A stretch of 64,000 nucleotides of DNA from Alphaproteobacteria bacterium. GTDB lineage: Bacteria; Pseudomonadota; Alphaproteobacteria; UBA7887. The notes beneath the pieces were generated by a model, which saw only the letters and a program-made list of their open reading frames with translations, was not told where the DNA came from and searched no databases. The translations under genes and the position numbers were made by a program. This document shows positions 1 through 9,458 of the stretch, in pieces. The DNA lies in contig CBDCGL010000011.1 in the NCBI GenBank assembly GCA_965216755.1, forward strand, positions 1,056,001-1,120,000. The letters are read 5' to 3'. The stretch's first letter is position 1. Every line of letters begins with the position of its first letter.

Positions 1-174
1 TTCAGCCTGCGCGGCGACGACAACCGCGGCCGTTTCGCTGACGCCGAGACACGTCGCGACAACGGCTCCGACGAGGACAATCCGGCCGCAAGCGAACCCC
101 AGTTGGATGAATCACAACAGACAAATCCAGCGGCGATGCTGCGCGCGCGCGGCGCCATCGACGTTCATGTTTAA
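1..174 (+). CDS. fliK: 3' end of probable flagellar hook-length control protein (partial)
   Basis: Frame 1 is open to TAA at 172-174 (FSLRGDD...ARGAIDVHV*). It lies directly upstream of flgD, and the C-terminal GxxDxxV is typical of alphaproteobacterial FliK. Confidence 0.65.
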   Translation, partial: FSLRGDDNRGRFADAETRRDNGSDEDNPAASEPQLDESQQTNPAAMLRARGAIDVHV

Positions 175-198
175 GCATTAGTAAAGGAACTCGGTACC

Positions 199-888
199 GT
201 GGAAGAGATCTCGGGCGTCACGAATAGCCAAGTGCAACAGGCGTCGGCCCTCGCTGGCTCGACCCTGGCCAAGAATTTCGACACGTTTCTGACGTTGCTG
301 ACCACACAGCTCCGCCATCAAGATCCGCTTTCGCCCATGGATTCGACGGAGTTCACCAATCAGCTCGTCTCGTTTGCCGGCGTCGAGCAGCAAATCAATC
401 AAAACAAAAACTTAGAAAACTTGATCGCACTTCAAAAGGCAAACCGGGCCGCTACCGCCGTGTCGTTCCTGGGCACCCGGATCGAGGCTCCTGGTAGCAC
501 GACGATGCTGGATAACGGGACCGCTGAGTGGACTTACACATTAAACAGCAATGCCGACCAAGTCGCGCTGACAGTCACCGACAAGGCCGGCAACGTCGTT
601 TACCTGAACGATGGACCCAACAGCGTTGGCAGCCACGGCTTCGCATGGGATGGCCGGGACCTATTCGGCAATCAGCTGCCCGAAGGTGAGTACACCCTGA
701 ACGTGACGGCAACGGATTCTGACGGCAACTCGATACCGGTCCAGACCGGTATCATCGGGACCGTGACCGGCATGCAAACCGCTGATGATGACATTTTCCT
801 CTATATCGGCGGGATCAGCGTGCGACTGAGCGATATCACCTCGGTCAAGGCGGCGTTGCCGTCCAACAATAACCAACCATCGGCTTAA
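199..888 (+). CDS. flgD: Flagellar hook capping protein FlgD
   Basis: FLTLLTTQLRHQDPLSPMDSTEFTNQL motif and C-terminal FAWDGRD...GEYT Ig-like domain. Confidence 0.97.
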   Translation: MEEISGVTNSQVQQASALAGSTLAKNFDTFLTLLTTQLRHQDPLSPMDSTEFTNQLVSFAGVEQQINQNKNLENLIALQKANRAATAVSFLGTRIEAPGSTTMLDNGTAEWTYTLNSNADQVALTVTDKAGNVVYLNDGPNSVGSHGFAWDGRDLFGNQLPEGEYTLNVTATDSDGNSIPVQTGIIGTVTGMQTADDDIFLYIGGISVRLSDITSVKAALPSNNNQPSA

Positions 889-952
889 GTGAGCCCAAGC
901 AGATGAAACCAAAAACTCTGCGTTTTCAATATCTTAACAAGGAGAACATGAG

Positions 953-2290
953 ATGAGTCTCTATGGCGCATTGTTCACCGGCGTGACCGGACTTGGGGCT
1001 CAGAGCCAAGCGATGGGGATGATTTCCGACAACATCGCCAACGTCAACACGGTCGGCTATAAGCGCACGACGGCCCGTTTTTCGACGCTGGTGACTAGCA
1101 CCAGCACGATCAACACATTCTCGCCCGGCGGTGTCCGTTCCAAACCGTTCGCACTGATTGCACAACAGGGTCAATTGTCGACCACGCAGTCCGACCTGGA
1201 CGCGGCCGTCGTCGGCAAGGGATTCTTCGTCATCAATCAACAGGCGGACCAAAGCGGTGAGACGTTATATACCCGCGCTGGCTCCTTCACCCCGGACGCG
1301 ACCGGAAATCTACGCAACACGGCAGGTTATTATCTACAGGGTTGGCCGCTCGATGCGAATGGCAATATTCCGGCCTCGTCGGCCGATTTGAGCAGCCTGC
1401 AGACGGTCAACGTGTCGGCCGTCAGCGGTGTCGCTTCGGAAACAACGACAGTCGCGATCGGCGCCAACCTCGACGCAAGCCAAACGACCTATGCCGGCGC
1501 ATATGCCGTCGGTGACATGGCTGCTGGTACCGTTACGCCGCACTTCTTCCGGAATTTCATCATCTATGACAGCCTCGGCAGCTCCCACGAACTGACCGCA
1601 GGCTACTTGAAAACCGGCACGAATACCTGGGCGGTCGAAGTCTATGCGGCAGTGCCCGCGGAGCTGCAGGCGCCGACCACGAACCCGCTGGCGACCGGCA
1701 ACATGATCTTCAATGGCGATGCCACCCTCGATGCCGACGCCGCCGGCGCCACCATCGGCACGTATAACGCCACCACGGGCGCACTCGAGACAACATTAGG
1801 GATCAACTGGGCCAATGGCGCATCAGCCACTTCGGCCACGCTGGATTGGGGCACCAATGATCAAAATGATGGCCTGACCCAGTTCGACTCGCAGTTCAAC
1901 GTGTCGTTCGTCAATCAAAACGGCGCCGCGGTCGGTTTGCTCAGCAGTGTCGCCATCGATACCGATGGATTTGTGGTCGCGTCCTTCACCAACGGCGAAA
2001 CGCAACAGCTCTACAAACTGCCGCTCGCCACATTCTCGGACCCGTCATCGCTGACCGCGCGCGAGGGCAATGCCTATGCTGAGACCAATCTGTCCGGCAG
2101 CTTCAACTTGCGCGAGGCCAAAACCGGTGGCGCGGGCGCTTTTGTGCCGGCGGCGCTGGAATCTTCGAACGTTGATATTGCGCAAGAGTTCACGGACATG
2201 ATTGTGACCCAGCGTGCTTATTCCGCCAGCACACGTGTCATCACGACCGTCGATCAAATGCTCGACGAGTTGCTGCGACTGCGGCGGTAA
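953..2290 (+). CDS. flgE: Flagellar hook protein FlgE
   Basis: N-terminal ISDNIANVNTVGYK, YTRAGSF, and C-terminal LESSNVDIAQEFTDMIVTQRAY. Confidence 0.97.
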   Translation: MSLYGALFTGVTGLGAQSQAMGMISDNIANVNTVGYKRTTARFSTLVTSTSTINTFSPGGVRSKPFALIAQQGQLSTTQSDLDAAVVGKGFFVINQQADQSGETLYTRAGSFTPDATGNLRNTAGYYLQGWPLDANGNIPASSADLSSLQTVNVSAVSGVASETTTVAIGANLDASQTTYAGAYAVGDMAAGTVTPHFFRNFIIYDSLGSSHELTAGYLKTGTNTWAVEVYAAVPAELQAPTTNPLATGNMIFNGDATLDADAAGATIGTYNATTGALETTLGINWANGASATSATLDWGTNDQNDGLTQFDSQFNVSFVNQNGAAVGLLSSVAIDTDGFVVASFTNGETQQLYKLPLATFSDPSSLTAREGNAYAETNLSGSFNLREAKTGGAGAFVPAALESSNVDIAQEFTDMIVTQRAYSASTRVITTVDQMLDELLRLRR

Positions 2291-2329
2291 TCTTCTTAGC
2301 GTCAACCCAGTCCCCCAGGGCGACGCTGC

Positions 2330-2361
2330 GGGGCCGAGCAATAGCTCGGCCCCATTTTTTT
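2330..2361 (+). terminator. Rho-independent terminator after flgE
   Basis: GGGGCCGAGC-AATA-GCTCGGCCCC perfect stem followed by ATTTTTTT. Confidence 0.9.
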
Positions 2362-2435
2362 ATTCGAATCAATAATTTGTGACAAAAACTGGAACGTTTG
2401 CAGCAGCGTTGGTTTGACGCTGGGTTCGGCCGTCG

Positions 2436-2450
2436 TTAGCACTGTCTTAA
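2436..2450. promoter_or_regulatory. CtrA-like binding site upstream of sciP
   Basis: TTAG-CACTGTC-TTAA against the consensus TTAA-N7-TTAA; sciP is a known CtrA target. Confidence 0.6.
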
Positions 2451-2505
2451 GGGCAGCAACGTACAATTGCGTTGATCAAATAAGACATAAAGATAATTGC
2501 AAGTA

Positions 2506-2751
2506 ATGGTCGAGCGCCTCGCCTTCACCACAGTCAACGACAAAGTCACTTTGCTGACCCCGGACCGGTTGCCGCCCGCGGACCTACGGCGTTGGGTTGC
2601 CCGGCGTAAAGCCGACGTGGTGACCGCCGTGCGGGTCGGTCTACTCACCAAGGTTGAAGCCTGTCGCCGTTATGACTTGTCACTTGAAGAGTACGAGTCG
2701 TGGGAGAAAGCCTACTTCGACCGCGGTTTACCCGGCCTGCGCGTGACCTAA
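2506..2751 (+). CDS. sciP: SciP / DUF1153 CtrA inhibitor
   Basis: LPPADLRRWVARRKADVVTAVRVGLL...ACRRYDLSLEEYESW...GLPGLRVT is the DUF1153 signature. Confidence 0.92.
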   Translation: MVERLAFTTVNDKVTLLTPDRLPPADLRRWVARRKADVVTAVRVGLLTKVEACRRYDLSLEEYESWEKAYFDRGLPGLRVT

Positions 2752-2899
2752 GCGGGCAAGAGTACGCGCGAACCTTCCGACCAGCCGCCGGTGACAAAAT
2801 ATACGCCGGCAATCGATCTCAAGTCGGCCGCCCACGTCGACCGCCGTAGATGTATGCCGCAGCCCTTCGACATGGCAAATAAACCGCAGAATTCTGCGC

Positions 2900-2915
2900 T
2901 TAACTGGTTATTCAC
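2900..2915. promoter_or_regulatory. CtrA-like binding site upstream of the fliF operon
   Basis: TTAA-CTGGTTA-TTCAC against TTAA-N7-TTAAC, about 95 bp upstream of fliF. Confidence 0.6.
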
Positions 2916-3010
2916 GCTCGCTGTCGAGAATAACAAAAAGGTCGTAAACCGGCCCCATCGGGCGTGCTTGTCCGATCGGGCGAACCAGTACAGGGCGAAG
3001 GTCGTTTTCA

Positions 3011-4684
3011 GTGGGTGGATTGTCACACACCTTGCGCGCGCTAGGCCCGATGCGGCTTCTGGCGATGGGAATCGTCGGGCTGAGCATGCTCGGATTCTTC
3101 GCCTACTTGGCCACGCGCTTGACCGCGCCAGACTTCGCCCTCCTCTATGGAAATCTGCCGCCTGATGAAAGCGGAGAAATCGTCAGCCAACTTGAAAGCA
3201 TGGGCGTGCCCTACCAGCTTGCCGCCAATGGCACGCAGATATTGGTGCCGGGCGACCAAGTTCTGCGCCTTCGCGTTGGATTGGCGGAGCAAGGATTACC
3301 GTCCGGTGGCTCGATCGGTTACGAAGTTTTCGATGATGGCAGCAGCCTGGGCACCACCAGCTTTGTACAAAATGTCAATCTGCTGAGAGCCATTGAAGGC
3401 GAACTCGGGCGTACGATCGGTGCCCTCGACCCGGTGCGTAGCGCCCGCGTTCATGTGGTCTTGCCCCGACGGGAGTTGTTTCAGCGAGACGGCAACGAGC
3501 CGACCGCATCCGTTTTTCTGCGCTTGCGAAGCGGCAACCTGGGCCCGAGCCTGGTGGCCGCGATCCAACATTTGGTGGCGGCGGCGGTGCCGGGCCTGGA
3601 AACCAACCGAGTCGCAATCGTCGATGGCCGTGGCAATTTGCTGGCCAGTGGCGAAGACAATGGCGATGAAGTCGGTGTCATGGCAACCCGCGCCGCCGAA
3701 TACCAACGGAATGTCGAACGCCAGTTCAAGCAGACTATCGAGCAACTCATTCAACAGTCCGTCGGCCCCGGGAAAGTGCGCGCCGAAGTCGCCGCCGAGA
3801 TCAATTTTGACCGAACGACGATCAACGAAGAACTCTACGATCCGGACGGACAAGTCGTCAGGTCGACGCAGACAATCGAAGATAGCGCGAACAGCACTGA
3901 GGGCGACGAACAGGTTTCGGTCGGCAATAACTTGCCTGATTCAGACAATAGCGAAGGTGGCATCGAAAGTCAGACCAGCAGCTTGCGCACTGAGGAAACC
4001 GTCAATTTCGAGATCTCGCGTACGATCCGCAATCAGATTCAGGAAACCGGCAGCATAGAAAGGCTGTCGATTGCTGTGCTTGTCGACGGTATCTATAGCG
4101 TAAACGCGGAGACGGAAGAGCGGACATATCAACCACGCGGCGACGAAGAGCTCCAGCAAATTGAAGCGCTGGTCCGATCGGCCGTCGGCTTTGACGAAAA
4201 GCGTGGCGACACGATCGAAGTGGCCAATCTTCAATTTGCTGAGATCGACGAGCTGCCCGCCGAAGACGTGCCGTTACTGGGCTTGAGCAAAACCGACTAT
4301 TTCAAGATCGCCGAAATCGTCGTACTGGCCATCGTCGCCATTTTGGTCATCCTTCTGGTTCTGCGGCCAATGGTTAGCCGGATCCTGGCCGGAGTCGCCG
4401 AAGGCCGCGCGCAGGCCGCCGCTGTCCTGGGCCAACCCGCTGCCGCACCGGGCCAACCGCAGTTGGCCGCGCCCACTGGCGATCCAGCTCTGGCAGCCGC
4501 TCCGGCCGCCCAACTGGTTGCTCCGGCCGACGAAGTCGAACCGGAGTCGATGATCGATATCTCCAAAGTCGAAGGACGGGTGCGCGCGTCATCGGTGCGC
4601 AAGATCGGTGAAATTATCGACAAGCACCCGGACGAAGCATTGACAATCTTGCGCGGTTGGATGACCGAGAGCCCGCACAACTGA
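3011..4684 (+). CDS. fliF: Flagellar M-ring protein FliF
   Basis: Two TM segments, [17 protein letters not shown] and SARVHVVLP. Confidence 0.97.
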   Translation: MGGLSHTLRALGPMRLLAMGIVGLSMLGFFAYLATRLTAPDFALLYGNLPPDESGEIVSQLESMGVPYQLAANGTQILVPGDQVLRLRVGLAEQGLPSGGSIGYEVFDDGSSLGTTSFVQNVNLLRAIEGELGRTIGALDPVRSARVHVVLPRRELFQRDGNEPTASVFLRLRSGNLGPSLVAAIQHLVAAAVPGLETNRVAIVDGRGNLLASGEDNGDEVGVMATRAAEYQRNVERQFKQTIEQLIQQSVGPGKVRAEVAAEINFDRTTINEELYDPDGQVVRSTQTIEDSANSTEGDEQVSVGNNLPDSDNSEGGIESQTSSLRTEETVNFEISRTIRNQIQETGSIERLSIAVLVDGIYSVNAETEERTYQPRGDEELQQIEALVRSAVGFDEKRGDTIEVANLQFAEIDELPAEDVPLLGLSKTDYFKIAEIVVLAIVAILVILLVLRPMVSRILAGVAEGRAQAAAVLGQPAAAPGQPQLAAPTGDPALAAAPAAQLVAPADEVEPESMIDISKVEGRVRASSVRKIGEIIDKHPDEALTILRGWMTESPHN

Positions 4685-4709
4685 GGCAAAGAGTGGACAC
4701 GATTTGAAA

Positions 4710-5726
4710 ATGGCAGCGCCCATTCATGATTATCGGTCGTTGAGCGGTCCGCAAAAAGCGGCGATCGTCGTGCTCTCGCTCGATCAAGATCGGGTCGCGC
4801 GGTTGTTCGAGCTTATGGACATGGAGGAAATCAAAGAGATTTCCTCAACAATGTCACAGCTTGGCGGGGTTGCGTCAGAAGTGGTGGAGCGGCTGTATGT
4901 TGACTTTGTCGATCAAATCGCGGGCACCGGATCATTGCGGGGTTCATTCGACTCAACCGAACGCTTGCTCCGCAACACGCTGCCGGACGAACGGGTCACT
5001 GAGATCATGGAGGAGCTGCGCGGTCCGGCCGGTCGAACCATGTGGGACAAGCTTGGCAACGTAAATGAGAGCGTGCTGGCAAACTATCTAAAGAACGAGT
5101 ATCCGCAAACCGTTGCCGTTGTCTTGTCAAAGGTTCGATCGGAACATGCCGCGCGCGTGCTTGGTTTGTTGCCCGATGACTTTTCGGTTGAGGTCGTCAT
5201 GCGCATGCTGCGCATGGAAACGGTGCAAAAGGAAATTCTCGAAGACGTCGAACGAACACTCCGTATCGAGTTTATGAGCAATCTCGCTGCAACCACGCGG
5301 CGCGACGCCCATGAACTCATGGCCGATATCTTCAACAATTTCGACCGCGCCTCGGAAGCCCGCTTCATGCAAGCGCTGGAGGAACGCGACCGTGAAGCGG
5401 CGGAGCGCATCAAGGCCCTGATGTATACGTTTGAGGACCTTGGCAAATTGGATCCTACCGGCGTGCAAACGCTGTTGCGGCATATCGACAAAGATAAGTT
5501 AGGACTTGCACTAAAAGGTGCCTCAGAAGAACTGCGCAACCTATTCTTTTCGAATATGTCTGAGCGCGCGGCCAAGATCTTACGTGAAGATATGGAAGCA
5601 ATGGGCCCCGTGCGCCTGAGCGACGTCGACGAATCCCAAGCTGAGATCGTCAATCAGGCCAAGGAATTGGCTGCGTCCGGTGAACTGATGATGGCCGGAT
5701 CTGGTGATGACGAGTTGGTCTATTAG
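4710..5726 (+). CDS. fliG: Flagellar motor switch protein FliG
   Basis: [27 protein letters not shown] and NMSERAA. Confidence 0.97.
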   Translation: MAAPIHDYRSLSGPQKAAIVVLSLDQDRVARLFELMDMEEIKEISSTMSQLGGVASEVVERLYVDFVDQIAGTGSLRGSFDSTERLLRNTLPDERVTEIMEELRGPAGRTMWDKLGNVNESVLANYLKNEYPQTVAVVLSKVRSEHAARVLGLLPDDFSVEVVMRMLRMETVQKEILEDVERTLRIEFMSNLAATTRRDAHELMADIFNNFDRASEARFMQALEERDREAAERIKALMYTFEDLGKLDPTGVQTLLRHIDKDKLGLALKGASEELRNLFFSNMSERAAKILREDMEAMGPVRLSDVDESQAEIVNQAKELAASGELMMAGSGDDELVY

Positions 5727-5749
5727 TATGCAAATGAGTTTGAACTAAA

Positions 5750-6661
5750 ATGTGTCCATCGATTCCAGGCCAAATCGACCCCGCTGCTTTCGGTTTTGAC
5801 ACGATTCTCGATGGTGAAAGGACCAGTGATCGTGCGCAACGCCGCGAGCGACAGAGGCCGGTTCATACGGACTCGGATCTTGTTGCCGCGCGCGAGCAGG
5901 CTTTCGCCGATGGTGTTGCCGAAGGCCAGCGCCGCGTCATCGCGAGCTTGGAGCAGGACTCGGTACACGTTATGCAACGTATCGCCAGTGGCGTAGAGGC
6001 TCTGCGGTCCGTCGACGCAGTGGCAAGACAGGCCAGCACAAGCGATGTCGCCACAGTTTCGATGGCAATTGCAAAGCAACTTGCCGGCGCCGCGCTTGCA
6101 GGAGATTCCTTGTCGGTGATCGAACCGGTGATAACGGACTGCCTCGATCGCCTTTACGGTGAAACAGTACTCGTCGTACGGGTGCATCCAGATCTCGTCG
6201 ATCCCTTGCAGCATCGAATCACGAAATCCGAGTTTGCTAGCGGATTTGCGGCTGAAGTCCAAATCTCTGCGGGCCATGACCTCGCGCGCGGTGACTGCCG
6301 CGTTGAATGGCGTGGCGGCTGTGCCGAACGCGTTCAGCGAACGACCTGGGCCGACGTTGAAACGGTCGTTGCGCGCTATATCGCATTCGACGAAACCGCG
6401 GAGACCCCGACGGTAGACGTCGTGGAGTCGACAGATGAGCCCATCGCAACCCCTGAACCAGAAATTGATATGACCACGCCGGCGCAAGAGGTGTTGCCGC
6501 CGGTCTTGGACGAGACGCTTGCGGAGGTCCTGGGGCCAGAGATCCGCGACGCGATGGCCGCGGCGCAACGCATCGCCGGCTCAGACGATCCAGCCGAGGC
6601 CGAGGTCACACCTTCCCAAGCCCCCCCCGATAACCAGACCCGCACGGGTACCGAGAGCTAA
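5750..6661 (+). CDS. fliH: Flagellar assembly protein FliH
   Basis: Between fliG and fliN; AxxxG(xxxG) stretch, VRVHPDL and GDCRVEW; acidic C-terminal extension. Confidence 0.85.
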   Translation: MCPSIPGQIDPAAFGFDTILDGERTSDRAQRRERQRPVHTDSDLVAAREQAFADGVAEGQRRVIASLEQDSVHVMQRIASGVEALRSVDAVARQASTSDVATVSMAIAKQLAGAALAGDSLSVIEPVITDCLDRLYGETVLVVRVHPDLVDPLQHRITKSEFASGFAAEVQISAGHDLARGDCRVEWRGGCAERVQRTTWADVETVVARYIAFDETAETPTVDVVESTDEPIATPEPEIDMTTPAQEVLPPVLDETLAEVLGPEIRDAMAAAQRIAGSDDPAEAEVTPSQAPPDNQTRTGTES

Positions 6662-6663
6662 CC

Positions 6664-7020
6664 ATGGCGGACACGACAGAAACAGATGTGGCGGAATTGC
6701 CGCCCCAGGATGTCACTTCGGAACAGCCTGCCGACGGGTCGGCCGACGACACGGGCGACGATGGACCGCGCAGTTCCGCTGACCTGGAGGCCGTCTATGA
6801 CATCCCGGTGCAGGTCTCGGCGGTTTTGGGCAAGGCGAGCATGCCTGTCAGTCAGCTTTTGCGCCTTGGGCGCGGGGCGGTGGTCGAGCTCGATCGCAAA
6901 GTTGGCGAGGCGATCGATATATACGTCAACAATCGTTTGGTGGCCCGCGGCGAAGTCGTGGTTGTTGACGATCGGTTGGGCGTCACCATGACGGAGATCA
7001 TAAAAACGGAGCGGTACTAA
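6664..7020 (+). CDS. fliN: Flagellar motor switch protein FliN
   Basis: DIPVQVSAVLG...VVELDRKVGEAIDIYVNNRLVARGEVVVV. Confidence 0.97.
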   Translation: MADTTETDVAELPPQDVTSEQPADGSADDTGDDGPRSSADLEAVYDIPVQVSAVLGKASMPVSQLLRLGRGAVVELDRKVGEAIDIYVNNRLVARGEVVVVDDRLGVTMTEIIKTERY

Positions 7021-7083
7021 CGGGTCTTGATCCCGTACGTAGCGTCGCAAGAACAATGACGTGGTGCCAGTGAACATTGCATT

Positions 7084-7851
7084 ATGGATATTGCAACTCT
7101 CATAGGAATGGTCGTGGGTTTCGGGCTGGTCGGCGCCGCCATCGCCGTCGGCGGCTCGCCGCTGGCGTTCGTCGACGTGCCCTCGGTCCTGATCGTGATC
7201 GGCGGCACATTTGCGATCACCATGATTAGCTTCTCGCTCAACGAAATCATTAAGGGCCAGGGCTTGATGCTCAAGGCGGTATTCAACAAGGCCGCGGATC
7301 CCGCGGCGGCGGCCCTCAAGGTGTTGGAGCTGGCGGACCTGGCGCGAAAGAATGGGGTGCTGGGGATGCAAGAGAGCCTTAAGAATTTGGACGATTCGCC
7401 GTTTCTTCAAAAAGGTCTTGCGATGGTGGTCGACGGCACGCCGGGCGATGATGTCGAAAAGGTGATGCGCCAAGAAATTAAAGGCATGTCGGCGCGCCAC
7501 GAAAAAGGGGTCAGCATCCTGCAGCGCGCCGGTACCGTCGCGCCGGCCATGGGGCTGATCGGCACGCTGATTGGCCTGGTTCAGATGCTCGGCAATCTCG
7601 ACGATCCGAACAGCATCGGTCCCTCTATGGCTGTCGCCTTGCTGACCACGATGTATGGCGCGGTTTTGGCGAACATGGTCTTCAACCCCTTAGCAGGCAA
7701 ACTTGAGAGGAATTCGAAAGAAGAGCAGCTATTGATGAACGTCTATACGCTTGGCGCCGGATCTATTGGCCGACAAGAAAATCCGCGCCGGCTCGAAACA
7801 CTTATCAACACATTGCTGCCACCCGCCAAACGGGTCCAGTTTTTTGACTAG
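7084..7851 (+). CDS. motA: Flagellar stator protein MotA/PomA
   Basis: MDIATLIG N-terminus, APAMGLIGTLIGLVQML and MAVALLTTMYG. Confidence 0.93.
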   Translation: MDIATLIGMVVGFGLVGAAIAVGGSPLAFVDVPSVLIVIGGTFAITMISFSLNEIIKGQGLMLKAVFNKAADPAAAALKVLELADLARKNGVLGMQESLKNLDDSPFLQKGLAMVVDGTPGDDVEKVMRQEIKGMSARHEKGVSILQRAGTVAPAMGLIGTLIGLVQMLGNLDDPNSIGPSMAVALLTTMYGAVLANMVFNPLAGKLERNSKEEQLLMNVYTLGAGSIGRQENPRRLETLINTLLPPAKRVQFFD

Positions 7852-8045
7852 AGCAGTGTCCAACAATATTGAATCAATTCTGTTCGCGGCCCGCCGGTCG
7901 CGAACCCGCAGGGCCGGGCGCCTTTTCGCCAATCTCGGCGTCGCTGTCCTTGGCCGTATGCCCGATACGCCCTGCGGGCGGCGACTTGATCTTGGCGCAA
8001 ATTCGCGCCGGCAGAATGGTTCAATATTGTTGGACACTGCTCTAG
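7848..8045. mobile_element. 198-bp MITE-like palindromic element with 26-bp perfect terminal inverted repeats
   Basis: CTAGAGCAGTGTCCAACAATATTGAA at 7848 and its exact reverse complement ending at 8045. The interior is GC-rich with hairpins and encodes no transposase. Confidence 0.85.
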
Positions 8046-8066
8046 CGACCTAGGGGGGATTTGACC

Positions 8067-9449
8067 ATGCGCTTGATGATTATCGGAAACCTTGCCGGTC
8101 AGATGGGCGAAGCCTGCAAGATCGCCGTTTCGCGCGGCGCGAAAGTCGTACAAGCGGACGCGATCGACTCGGGCCTCGATTTGCTTCGTTCGACCGAAGG
8201 CGCCGGTGCCGATTTGGTCTTGGTGGACGTGGCCATCGATATTGCCACGCTGATTTCTTGTATGCAGGCAGAGCATATGAGTGCACCCGTCGTGGCGTGC
8301 GGCACGGCGGACGACACCACCGGCGCGGTCAACGCGATAAAGGCCGGTGCCAAAGAATATATCCCTCTACCGCCGGATCCGGAATTGATCGCCGCGGTGT
8401 TCGCGGCCGTCTCCCAAGACGACCATCGCTTGGTCTTTGGCGACCCCGTCATGCGGCAAACTTTGGCACTGGCGGAACGTGTGGCCCGGTCATCGGCTTC
8501 AATACTCATTACCGGCGAATCCGGAACCGGCAAAGAACTCTTGGCCCGTTATATCCACCGTCGCAGCCAGCGTGCCGACAAGCCGTTTGTTTCTGTGAAT
8601 TGCGCAGCAATCCCAGAGAATCTTCTTGAATCTGAGTTGTTCGGTCACGAAAAAGGCGCTTTTACTGGCGCCGTTGCGCGCCGCATCGGCAAATTTGAAG
8701 CGGCCAATGGCGGCACATTGTTGCTGGACGAACTTGGTGAGATGGATCTTCGTCTTCAAGCCAAGCTGTTACGCGTAATACAAGAGCGCGAGATTGATCG
8801 GGTCGGCGGCTCCAAACCGGTGAAGGTTGACCTGCGTATCCTGGCCACGACAAACCGGCGGCTCGAAACGGAGGTTTCCGAGGGTCGATTTCGCGAGGAT
8901 CTATATTTTCGCGTCAATGTCGTGAACATCCGCATCCCGGCGTTACGCGAACGCCCCAAAGACATCGAGCTCTTGGCCGAGCACTTCGTCCGCAAATATT
9001 CCGAGATGAACGATATCGACGAGCGCACACTATCGAACGGTGGCCGGGAGCTGTTGCTCAACTACAAGTGGCCTGGCAACGTGCGGGAATTGGAGAATAC
9101 CATGCACCGTGCCGTGCTGTTGGCCGCGGGTGACCATATCGGTGCCGAAGCGATCGCGTTGGAAAACCAGGCCACCGTCGCGACAAACATGACCAACACG
9201 ACGGCCGAAAATCTCTCGCACCCGATTGCCGTCAACGATGCCGGAAATTTGGTCGGCCGCACTGTCGCCGATGTGGAAAAGGACCTCATTATCGACACGT
9301 TAAGCCACTGTCTTGGCAATCGCACCCACGCCGCTACCATCCTGGGAATATCCATTCGCACATTGCGCAACAAGCTCCGGCAGTACACCGCCGAGGGCAC
9401 ACATATTCCCGCGCCGGGCGGCGAATCGGGCGGCAACGCAGTGTTGTAA
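8067..9449 (+). CDS. flbD: Sigma-54-dependent flagellar transcriptional activator FlbD
   Basis: Receiver domain, GESGTGKE, GAFTGA, WPGNVRELEN and C-terminal HTH (NRTHAATILGISIRTLRNKL). Confidence 0.93.
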   Translation: MRLMIIGNLAGQMGEACKIAVSRGAKVVQADAIDSGLDLLRSTEGAGADLVLVDVAIDIATLISCMQAEHMSAPVVACGTADDTTGAVNAIKAGAKEYIPLPPDPELIAAVFAAVSQDDHRLVFGDPVMRQTLALAERVARSSASILITGESGTGKELLARYIHRRSQRADKPFVSVNCAAIPENLLESELFGHEKGAFTGAVARRIGKFEAANGGTLLLDELGEMDLRLQAKLLRVIQEREIDRVGGSKPVKVDLRILATTNRRLETEVSEGRFREDLYFRVNVVNIRIPALRERPKDIELLAEHFVRKYSEMNDIDERTLSNGGRELLLNYKWPGNVRELENTMHRAVLLAAGDHIGAEAIALENQATVATNMTNTTAENLSHPIAVNDAGNLVGRTVADVEKDLIIDTLSHCLGNRTHAATILGISIRTLRNKLRQYTAEGTHIPAPGGESGGNAVL

Positions 9450-9458
9450 GGGCGAAAT

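Noticed and set aside
6621-6628. C8 homopolymer in fliH as a phase-variation tract
   Set aside because: Short tract at the extreme 3' end of a GC-rich gene; the reading frame is intact.
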